Assembly (NCBI GenBank): GCA_013152315.1
Contig: JAADGP010000048.1
Location: forward strand, 1 to 16,055
DNA length: 16,055 nucleotides
Origin: FCB group bacterium
GTDB taxonomy: Bacteria; Fidelibacterota; Marinisomatia; Marinisomatales; JAADGP01
Direction of reading: 5' to 3'
Shown: positions 1-8,944 of the stretch, one piece after another
How the letters are laid out: every line of letters starts with the position of its first letter
How positions within the stretch are numbered: position 1 is the first letter of the stretch
Made by a program: the position numbers and the translations under genes
Notes under the pieces: model-generated
The model's database searches: none
The model's input: only the letters and a program-made list of their open reading frames with translations
Told to the model about the DNA's origin: nothing

Positions 1-1247
1 AACAGGTCCTGATTGATAACATAGATCATTACCGCCATAAGAAAGAAAGACAAACAGGTGGCTGCCGCGGCGCCAAGCGCTCCAAAATAAGGAATAAGAA
101 GCAGGTTGGCCCCGATGTTCAAAGCCGCGCCAAAGCCGCGCGTCAGAGCCGCATACTTGGATTTCTCCCGCAAAAACACACCCGGTAATTGCAGCGAATA
201 GGCCGCAAAAAAGACGTACCCCAGAGCAATCAACGGTACAATTTGTGTTGAAGACCAATACTCCGGTCCGTATACCGTTACCGGTCCGATCCTCAATTTC
301 ACCAGGGCGTCCACCCACAGAAGAAGCAAAACCCAAAAGAAACCAAGAACTGTTAATACATACGTGGTAATCCGGGAATACATCTGTCTTTTTTCTTCCC
401 CGTCTCCTTCCTTCAGGAAGAAAGGTTGCCAGCCCATATTGAATCCCATAACCAGAAGCATCATTAACATGCCCAGTTTATAGCCGGCGCTATACAGGCC
501 GACCGTCTCCATATTGGTCATGGCTTTCAATATGTACCGGTCGGCCAGTTCCATGAGCATGGCGAAAATCCCGGAGGGTAAAAACGGCAGACCAAAACGC
601 ATGAGTCGTTTCCAGGTCATCCAGGAAACAGCGCCACCACGGGTTCTTTTCACCACCAGGGGGGCCGTGATAAGCACCAGGCCGCCGGAGGTCAGGAGAT
701 TGCTTAGGAGAACCCCCTCCACCCCCATTTGGTACTTTATCACCAACAGCAAATTCAGACTTAACGAGGAAACGACATTCAGGAGACTAAACCCGATAAA
801 AGAGAGGGGTCGGCCCTCCGACCTCAGCAACAACATCGGCACCGACCACAATATATCCAGCGCCAAAATAGCAGCAATGTAAGCCAGGTAGCGGGGATAA
901 TGCCCTCCCAGGAGCAAGTCGCTGGCGACCCCCCGAACCAGAAACAGAAACAACGCGAAACCCGCGGAGGTGATGATAAAGGAAAGATAGGCCGTTGTTA
1001 ACAGTCTTTTTCTCTCCGGCGGATCGGCCGGGACATAGTACTTCATCAATGCCGCGTCGAGACCGTAATGAAGGACCACGCTCATAAAACCCATAAAAGT
1101 ATACGCCAACGACACGACGCCGTACTCGGCCGGAGTAAACGCGTTGGTGTACAGCGGTAACAACAGGAAGGTTACCATTCGGGCCAGGATATGTCCGGCA
1201 CCGTAAAGAAGCGTTTGTTGCGAAAGAGCCTTTATCCGGTCAAACAT
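1..1247 (-). CDS. Polysaccharide biosynthesis protein / oligosaccharide flippase (Wzx/MATE-like), C-terminus cut by window edge
   Basis: Reverse-complement reading frame open from ATG at 1247 to the window start (MFDRIKALSQQTLLYGAGHILARMVTFLLLPLYTNAFTPAEYGVVSLAYTFMGFM...LPFLPSGIFAMLMELADRYILKAMTNMETVGLYSAGYKLGMLM...). Multi-pass hydrophobic protein with the typical flippase N-terminus and 'FLP..L......DR..L' pattern. Absent from the ORF track because it runs off the edge. Confidence 0.85.
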   Translation of the reverse strand, partial: MFDRIKALSQQTLLYGAGHILARMVTFLLLPLYTNAFTPAEYGVVSLAYTFMGFMSVVLHYGLDAALMKYYVPADPPERKRLLTTAYLSFIITSAGFALFLFLVRGVASDLLLGGHYPRYLAYIAAILALDILWSVPMLLLRSEGRPLSFIGFSLLNVVSSLSLNLLLVIKYQMGVEGVLLSNLLTSGGLVLITAPLVVKRTRGGAVSWMTWKRLMRFGLPFLPSGIFAMLMELADRYILKAMTNMETVGLYSAGYKLGMLMMLLVMGFNMGWQPFFLKEGDGEEKRQMYSRITTYVLTVLGFFWVLLLLWVDALVKLRIGPVTVYGPEYWSSTQIVPLIALGYVFFAAYSLQLPGVFLREKSKYAALTRGFGAALNIGANLLLIPYFGALGAAAATCLSFFLMAVMIYVINQDL

Positions 1248-1332
1248 GACCCTGGGCAGCCGGAAAGGAAATTGGGATTAGGGAATTCGATGATTTCACT
1301 GAATTTTGCACTGACCGGGCGGGAACGGGGAT

Positions 1333-2307
1333 TTAGTTGTTCTTCCAAGAAATCTCCAGGGTGTCGCGAAACATCCCGCTGGCGCCGAAATTTTCCTTGA
1401 ACCTGCCGAGCCCGAAATTCGGTTCTTCATTAACGGTAAATATTCCGAAATCAAATACTTTGTACCCCGCTTTAATTGCCCAGTCAAAGATCGAATAAAA
1501 CAAAAGATTCAACGGCCGGTACTCCTGGTAAGACTCATCATGGCTGATGTAGAAGGCCAGAACCACCTCATCGGTGGCAATAAAATTCACGACTCCGGCA
1601 ACCATTGTTTCATCGACGAAGGCGCCGAACAAATTAATTCGTTCGGGAAACAAGTCTCTTAAACGCAACAACTCATCCAGGGTGTGAGTCGGGGACACAT
1701 TATGGCGGATTTTCAGGTTTCGTTTAAGAATTTCATAGAAACCGGCATAATCCCGGGTCGGCCGAACAACCACCCCTGAACGCTGGGCTTTCCTTACGGA
1801 CCGCCTGTGAGAGGGACGGAATTTCGCCAGGTTCCCTTCGACGCTTTGCTCCAAAAACAAAATACTGGATATTTCACGCTTGGCGTAACGAAATCCATGT
1901 TTCAAAAGCGCAAAATCCATATAATTGGAAAGCCGCCGACTGTAAATGGTCGGTGGCAATGTCAACCGAATACCGTCAAATCCTTTCTGCCGGGCATACG
2001 CTTTAAGGGTTTGAACCAGTTTGTAGGAATCGGCAAAAGCCAGGTCTTCCGGTACAACAAAGGATCCCATGGACGCCCCGGGGTGCGAAACCAATAGCTT
2101 CGCTCCTTCGGTTTGAACCTCGGCCGCCGGGAATAGGACAAACGGTTTTTCTTTCTTATAAAAGATCAAACTATGGTCCCTGAATCGTCCCGGGGGGTGA
2201 TAGCCAAGAAAGCGACGGGTATGAAACAGGGTTCCATTGTTGGCCGCCCATACCATTGCATCCCACCAATCGGCGTGCTCGTTTTTAAATCGTCTGATAT
2301 CCAGCAT
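1333..2307 (-). CDS. FemAB/BioF2-like GNAT-family N-acyltransferase (peptidoglycan bridge or cell-envelope related)
   Basis: 324 aa ORF with 'LAKFRPSHRRSVRKAQRSGVVVR', 'FGAFVDETMVAGVVNFIATDEVVLAFYISHDESYQEYRPLNLLFYSIFDWAIKAGYKVFDFGIF' and 'LGRFKENFGA', characteristic of the FemAB/BioF2-like acetyltransferase fold. Confidence 0.75.
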   Translation of the reverse strand: MLDIRRFKNEHADWWDAMVWAANNGTLFHTRRFLGYHPPGRFRDHSLIFYKKEKPFVLFPAAEVQTEGAKLLVSHPGASMGSFVVPEDLAFADSYKLVQTLKAYARQKGFDGIRLTLPPTIYSRRLSNYMDFALLKHGFRYAKREISSILFLEQSVEGNLAKFRPSHRRSVRKAQRSGVVVRPTRDYAGFYEILKRNLKIRHNVSPTHTLDELLRLRDLFPERINLFGAFVDETMVAGVVNFIATDEVVLAFYISHDESYQEYRPLNLLFYSIFDWAIKAGYKVFDFGIFTVNEEPNFGLGRFKENFGASGMFRDTLEISWKNN

Positions 2308-2500
2308 CTTGTAGAATCGGACACGAAATTAGCGGGGAAAGGTTCCACAAGCAATTGCAAGTTGACAACACGGATTCGAGCCGGTTCGTGGCAATAGCTG
2401 TTTTTATCGGAATAACAATTTGCGCTTTGGATTATCAGGGTAAACCGCTGGTATTACTGCTTTCAACTTCAAATTTCGTATTTTTGCTAATTGCTGTTGA

Positions 2501-4188
<1,688 letters not shown>

Positions 4189-4191
4189 CTC

Positions 4192-4893
4192 TTATTGCTG
4201 CTTCACCAGGGCGGCATTAATAATAATCTCCACGCGACGGTTTAAATCACGATCGGCCGTGGAAGTATTGGCACGGACGGGGCGGTATTCTCCATAACCG
4301 GAAACAGCAAACATTGCTTCCGGCAAGCGTGTAAACTTTTGCAGCATGCGCATGACCACCTGAGCGCGGGCCGCGCTTAATTCCCAATTGTCCCGATAAT
4401 CCGATCCTTCGATAATCGGAATATTATCCGTGTACCCTTCCACCCGAATTTCCACTTTCCACTCCAAACCGTTCTTTACGAACTCGTCAATCCAGGAACG
4501 CAATTTCGGATTTTTTTCGAGGTGCAATATCCCCAGGTCGCGAATGGCATCGGCAATGCTTTTTATATGCGTTTCCAGTTCGGGGTTCGGATCCGCTTTC
4601 CCGGGATCAAACATTTTTTTATCATGAATGACTATCCGGACGCCTTTTGAATCATGCCCGATTACCAATCCTTCTATCCCGCGCTGGCTGATGGTTTCAG
4701 TAAGTTCATCCACCGCGTTTGACAACTGTTCCGATACCCAGGCGTGTACCTTTGAGATTTCACCGGCTCTTATGGAAATCATCATGATAAAGAATGTAAT
4801 CAGTAACGTAATCATATCTCCGTAACTCAACAGCCAACTGCCGTGGGTTTTCACGGAACCCACATTATTCTTGTCGATTTTAACTTTGAACAC
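4192..4893 (-). CDS. MotB-like stator protein with C-terminal OmpA-like peptidoglycan-binding domain (MotB3, Asp-bearing)
   Basis: N-terminal 'GSWLLSYGDMITLLITFFIMMISIRAG' (single TM with conserved Asp) and C-terminal 'VEGYTDNIPIIEG...NWELSAARAQVVMRML...VSGYGEYRPV...DRDLNRRVEIIIN'. Confidence 0.88.
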   Translation of the reverse strand: MFKVKIDKNNVGSVKTHGSWLLSYGDMITLLITFFIMMISIRAGEISKVHAWVSEQLSNAVDELTETISQRGIEGLVIGHDSKGVRIVIHDKKMFDPGKADPNPELETHIKSIADAIRDLGILHLEKNPKLRSWIDEFVKNGLEWKVEIRVEGYTDNIPIIEGSDYRDNWELSAARAQVVMRMLQKFTRLPEAMFAVSGYGEYRPVRANTSTADRDLNRRVEIIINAALVKQQ

Positions 4894-5623
4894 GATCGGT
4901 AATTTCTATTAACTGCACATCAATATATATTTCAACCCGGCGGTTTTCATCCAGCTTTTCCCGGCTGCGGAGGGGATGAAAAGAGCCGTAGCCCGCCAGG
5001 GAAAAATATTCTTTGGGCAGGGCTGTTTTCCATTGTAAAAATTTCATCACCTGGTAAGAACGCGCCAAACTTAAATCCCAATTGGTTTTAAACCGACCGG
5101 AAAGAATCGGTAAATAATCGGTGTGTCCCTCCACCGTTAGTTCGATGGCAACTTTTTTTCCCGATCTTTTAAGGGCTTCGATAATCGGCCGGTAAGTTTG
5201 TTGAATTTTTTCGAGCTCTAACTGCTTAATAATATTGGCGGTCGTTTCCAAAAAACCGACGAAGAGAGGATTGATATTGTCATCTTCCGACGGAAACATC
5301 GGTTGTTCGCCGATTTTAGAGGGAATAAGCAACTTAATTCCTTTGGTCCCGGTATTTTCGACATACAGCCAGTCCAACCGTTGGCTTTCCTTGTCTTCCA
5401 AGATCCTTGAATACAGAATACTTTTCACACGTTCCGAGAATTTAAACGTTGTCGCCGCCTCATGCTCGGCCCGGGTCACGAAAAGAATGAAGAAAGCCAG
5501 GACGGCGGTCAGAAGCGAGGCGTAGGTCATCATCCAACCGGCCCCTCCGGACTGAGACCGATTGGCGTTCGCTATTTTACCGGCCATTTGATTCCCGGTG
5601 TAAAGCTCGTGTATCCTTATCAA
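4880..5623 (-). CDS. MotB-like protein with OmpA-like domain, lacking the conserved membrane Asp (MotB2, YAS variant)
   Basis: N-terminal 'GAGWMMTYASLLTAVLAFFILFVTRAEHE' and C-terminal 'VEGHTDYLPILSGRFKTNWDLSLARSYQVMKFL...LAGYGSFHPL...LDENRRVEIYIDV'. The track start at 5623 is TTG; ATG at 5587 (MAGKIANANRS) is a plausible alternative start. Confidence 0.87.
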   Translation of the reverse strand: MIRIHELYTGNQMAGKIANANRSQSGGAGWMMTYASLLTAVLAFFILFVTRAEHEAATTFKFSERVKSILYSRILEDKESQRLDWLYVENTGTKGIKLLIPSKIGEQPMFPSEDDNINPLFVGFLETTANIIKQLELEKIQQTYRPIIEALKRSGKKVAIELTVEGHTDYLPILSGRFKTNWDLSLARSYQVMKFLQWKTALPKEYFSLAGYGSFHPLRSREKLDENRRVEIYIDVQLIEITDRVQS

Positions 5624-6407
5624 GGAATGTCAGCAGTTTTTCCTCCATAATTACCGGGTGTTCCTTGCTGTGGATACTTAAAATACCCGCCAGAATTATT
5701 TCATTAACGTGTGTCTCAAACGCTGTGCGACCTTTTAATTTTCCAGCAATGGGAATAAAAATCAGGTTCGCCAGAAGAACACCATAGAAAGTAGTAACCA
5801 AAGCGATACCCATTCCGTCCAACAATTGTCCCATCGAGTTCTCCATTTGTGATGCATATCCCGCCACGGAGCTTGACTGCCCCTGTTGTGTCATCATCAG
5901 GATCAACCCCATTACCGTCCCCAGCAATCCGAAGGCCGGGGCGTAATTTCCCATATTATAGAACATTTCCTGTCCGCTCTGATGCCTTTTAATCATGTTG
6001 TCCAGTTCGTTTTCCAGGAAACTCCGTAACTTGCCGGCATCTTTTTCGAGGATTGCATTTTCCAGCCCCATCCGTAAAAAATTATTTTCAATTTTCGGCA
6101 ATAACTTTTCAATCGTGACAAAACCTTTCTTGCGGGCGATTTGGCTTAACTCAACCAATTGGTTAATGATTTTAACCGCCGAATCATCGTTTTTTCCACC
6201 GAAAGCCTTTCCGGCAACCCGGAACATGCGCAACACGTTGGGCAGCGGATAATTAATCGCTGTGGCCGCCAGGGTTCCGCCTAATACAATAGCCACTCCC
6301 TGGATGTTGATAAAGGTTGATGGAATCATTTGGGTGTTCGGATCAAACATCCCAAACAGGATTAATCCCAACCCGATGATCAGACCAAAAACTGTTGCAA
6401 TATCCAT
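5577..6407 (-). CDS. MotA/TolQ/ExbB-family proton channel protein (MotA2)
   Basis: 276 aa, 'MDIATVFGLIIGLGLILFGMF...FINIQGVAIVLGGTLAATAINYPL...NYAPAFGLLGTVMGLILMM...MGIALVTTFYGVLLANLIFIPIAGKL'. Four-TM MotA architecture with conserved prolines. Confidence 0.93.
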   Translation of the reverse strand: MDIATVFGLIIGLGLILFGMFDPNTQMIPSTFINIQGVAIVLGGTLAATAINYPLPNVLRMFRVAGKAFGGKNDDSAVKIINQLVELSQIARKKGFVTIEKLLPKIENNFLRMGLENAILEKDAGKLRSFLENELDNMIKRHQSGQEMFYNMGNYAPAFGLLGTVMGLILMMTQQGQSSSVAGYASQMENSMGQLLDGMGIALVTTFYGVLLANLIFIPIAGKLKGRTAFETHVNEIILAGILSIHSKEHPVIMEEKLLTFLDKDTRALHRESNGR

Positions 6408-6479
6408 TGAAACCCCTTATCTAAAACCAAACAATAATGATGTAAGATGGTTGTGGTATAAAACGTATGATAAAGGAGG

Positions 6480-6500
6480 AAACCGGTCTACGGCCGGTTT
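6480..6500. other. Inverted repeat / hairpin (possible terminator or attenuator) inside the stator cluster
   Basis: AAACCGG(6480-6486)-TCTACGG-CCGGTTT(6494-6500): 7-bp perfect stem, 7-nt loop. It lies in the 231-nt gap between the exported-protein gene and motA2. The U-tract is weak on the minus strand. Confidence 0.4.
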
Positions 6501-6638
6501 TCACCCGATATTATCACATACGTAACAATTATACTGCCATTTTACTCTTTTTCGGAAAGAGACCGGTTCACGATAATCCAATAGTACGCCCGTACTGCCC
6601 CTGACAATATCTCGGAGCAACGCTGAAGAGGAGGTTAT

Positions 6639-7223
6639 TTAAAATCCTAAAGTATAATAGACTTCCTCACCGGTCAATTTTGATTTGCAGATTAACTCTA
6701 AATTTCTGGGAGGCGTCTTAAAATCGAAAACCAGTTCGGCAACGATCTTTTTCAAAGGCCGGATAATCGCCAGGTTCTGATATTTCCCTTCAAAAGGATT
6801 TAATTCCCCACGGACTCCTCCGGAGCCGATTAATTTCACCATGGTCGTCGCCGAAAAATCAAAATCTTTCGTCAGATCACTGTTGGCTATTTCCAATTTG
6901 ATAAAAACCCTGTTCCCCTGTTTACGCGCGCTTAATAATGTAAACTTAACTTTATCGGCCAATTGCTCGGTTCCAACCGGGAAAGCCACCCGGCCGTCTT
7001 CCAGAGCCTCGACGGGAATATAAAATTCCATTGTTGCCTTAACATATTTCTTGCTGCGGTCCAATTCCAATTTTCGTACTGTTGCCCCGGGCTCAATCTG
7101 CCCGATGGCTTCCCCATCGTATGGCCGACTGTAAATCTCCGTACCGGACTTTACTTTCGTCTCCTGCCCGACAAGAATTCCCAATAAACCGATCCAGACC
7201 AACCTGCGAATACGCGGTGTCAT
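6639..7223 (-). CDS. Small exported protein with N-terminal SH3-like segment, unknown function, embedded in the MotAB-like cluster
   Basis: 194 aa with short signal-like N-terminus (MTPRIRRLVWIGLLGILVGQ), then 'TKVKSGTEIYSRPYDGEAIGQIEPGATVRKLELDRSKKYVKATM..YIPVEALED' (bacterial SH3-like pattern) and a beta-rich C-terminal region. Starts 8 nt downstream of the motB1 stop, same strand. Confidence 0.65.
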   Translation of the reverse strand: MTPRIRRLVWIGLLGILVGQETKVKSGTEIYSRPYDGEAIGQIEPGATVRKLELDRSKKYVKATMEFYIPVEALEDGRVAFPVGTEQLADKVKFTLLSARKQGNRVFIKLEIANSDLTKDFDFSATTMVKLIGSGGVRGELNPFEGKYQNLAIIRPLKKIVAELVFDFKTPPRNLELICKSKLTGEEVYYTLGF

Positions 7224-7231
7224 TTTACTTT

Positions 7232-7963
7232 TTATCCTGTTACCGTATTGGTTTTCACAAACGCGTCGAGATAAATTTCCACGCGCCTGTTTTTAGCGCG
7301 GGCGTCTTCGATATCCAGCGGATTCTTACCAACAGCCTTTATATCGATGACGGGGCGGAACTCACCATATCCCATGGCGGAAAACTTTGATTCCTCAATT
7401 TGCGAAAACCGGCTTAATAATTTCACCACGTTTAAAGCCCTGGCCGTGGACAGGTCCCAATTGCTTTCGTATAAGGAATTCTTTGGTAATGGCAGATCGT
7501 CCGTATGTCCTTCACAGCGTATTTCAATATTCAGAAATCCTCCCCGTTTTTCAATTGCTTCCAAAAGGTTTTTGTAGCGCGGATCTTCGAATACCCGCAT
7601 AATTTTCGACACGCGGATAATCCCCCCGATTTGTTGCAGAAGGGGATATACATCCGGTTGTACTTCCGCATCCATGGATTTGAACAGCCGGCCGCTGGCC
7701 ATGGTAATTTTAACTCCTTTGGTAACCCGTTCGACGCGTACATAGGAAGATTCCACATTTTCTTTCAATTCCTTATATGTTTCATCCAAAAGCATATTGA
7801 TTACCCGATCAATGTGCTTCTCAGCATCATTCATGATTACCAGCAATAATATGAAAAAGGTCAATAACAAGGTTACCAGGTCAGCATAGGTTACCGCCCA
7901 GGCCGTACTTTTGGCCTTGGCCTCCTCGGCCGAAAGCCCTTCGTGGAGGACCGCCGTGGTCAC
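7232..7963 (-). CDS. MotB-like stator protein with OmpA-like peptidoglycan-binding domain (MotB1, Asp-bearing)
   Basis: 'STAWAVTYADLVTLLLTFFILLLVIMND' with conserved YAD, and 'CEGHTDDLPLP...NWDLSTARALNVVKLL...MGYGEFRPV...DARAKNRRVEIYLDAF'. Start overlaps the MotA1 stop by 4 nt. Confidence 0.92.
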   Translation of the reverse strand: MTTAVLHEGLSAEEAKAKSTAWAVTYADLVTLLLTFFILLLVIMNDAEKHIDRVINMLLDETYKELKENVESSYVRVERVTKGVKITMASGRLFKSMDAEVQPDVYPLLQQIGGIIRVSKIMRVFEDPRYKNLLEAIEKRGGFLNIEIRCEGHTDDLPLPKNSLYESNWDLSTARALNVVKLLSRFSQIEESKFSAMGYGEFRPVIDIKAVGKNPLDIEDARAKNRRVEIYLDAFVKTNTVTG

Positions 7964-8772
7964 TTTATTTCCTGCCGTTTACTTTGGGGAACAAAAGTCA
8001 TGAGTTTTTCCCGAATAAGGAGCGGATGTTCCTTGGCATGGATACTGATAATTCCCTCCACAATGATATTTTTCAACATCAGTTCCTCTTCGGATTTACG
8101 CTTTAACTTTCCTCCGATAGGCAGAAACACCAGATTGGACAACAACACACCGTAAAAAGTCGTAATCAGGGCCAGTCCCATGCCACTTAACAGCTCGGCG
8201 AATTTCTTGGCTACGTCAAATTCAATGGTATCGATGGTAGCTCCATTCCCACCGGAAAAATTATTCATCATTATAATCAATCCCATGACGGTCCCCAGCA
8301 TCCCGAAAGCCGGTGCATAAGCCCCCATGTAAAAGAAAATTTCCTGTCCGTTACTGTGGCGACGCACAATGTTGCTTAATTCCAAATTAAGGTAGGTACG
8401 GAGCCGCCCGGCATCGCGTTCGTTAATAGCCAGTTCAATCCCATTCCGCAAAAATTTGTTGCTGATCTTATCCAGATCAGCTTCTAAGGACATAATCCCC
8501 GATTTACGGGCCTTTTCCGCCTTCTCCACCAATTCGTCAATCCAGTTCTGATAACTGTAGTCCTCGTCGGTAAACACGTTTTTTAATACTTTAAACAGGC
8601 CTAATACGTTCTTAAGCGGATAGTTCACCAGCGTTGCCGCAAGGGTGCCGCCCAACACAATCATAATTGAATTGAAGCTGAAAAACCAATATAAATCACC
8701 GCCGCCACGCCAGACTCCGATACCAATAATGCCCAGACCGGCAAGCAAACCAATGGCTGTCCCAAAATCCAT
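7960..8772 (-). CDS. MotA/TolQ/ExbB-family proton channel protein (MotA1)
   Basis: 270 aa, 'MDFGTAIGLLAGLGIIGIGVW...FSFNSIMIVLGGTLAATLVNYPL...GAYAPAFGMLGTVMGLIIMM...MGLALITTFYGVLLSNLVFLPIGGKL'. Confidence 0.93.
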   Translation of the reverse strand: MDFGTAIGLLAGLGIIGIGVWRGGGDLYWFFSFNSIMIVLGGTLAATLVNYPLKNVLGLFKVLKNVFTDEDYSYQNWIDELVEKAEKARKSGIMSLEADLDKISNKFLRNGIELAINERDAGRLRTYLNLELSNIVRRHSNGQEIFFYMGAYAPAFGMLGTVMGLIIMMNNFSGGNGATIDTIEFDVAKKFAELLSGMGLALITTFYGVLLSNLVFLPIGGKLKRKSEEELMLKNIIVEGIISIHAKEHPLLIREKLMTFVPQSKRQEIK

Positions 8773-8944
8773 AAAAGGTCCCCAAATTTAATTTAGCGGT
8801 GTGAAGTTATTGCCTCCGACGGTGGAAGGTCAAGCGTTCTCACGTAACTTCCGTATTGAAATTTAGATAAGAGGAATATATATTCATTCAACTGTTTATT
8901 CTGTATTATGATCTTTAACGGTAACAAATATAAGGTACAATATT

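Noticed and set aside
514-882. 122 aa plus-strand ORF
   Set aside because: Antisense to the clearly coding flippase frame on the minus strand; composition is not protein-like.
2362-2367. TTGACA hexamer as -35 of an eno promoter
   Set aside because: No acceptable -10 hexamer at 16-18 nt spacing (the position reads TTCGTG), so I do not call a promoter.
7347-7849. Overlapping plus-strand ORFs (7347-7577, 7387-7602, 7505-7849)
   Set aside because: Antisense to motB1, whose domain motifs are unambiguous.
4192-8772. Zorya-type anti-phage defence system (ZorA/ZorB are MotA/MotB-like)
   Set aside because: The MotA-like proteins here are 270-276 aa without the long cytoplasmic tail of ZorA. No ZorC/ZorD/ZorE-like gene (helicase or nuclease) is adjacent, and the neighbours are housekeeping genes. 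The resemblance is only at the shared stator-family level.
4192-8772. Ordinary flagellar motAB locus
   Set aside because: Not excluded for the genome as a whole, but nothing flagellar or chemotactic is visible in the window. The 2A:3B composition with an Asp-less B is not the standard arrangement.
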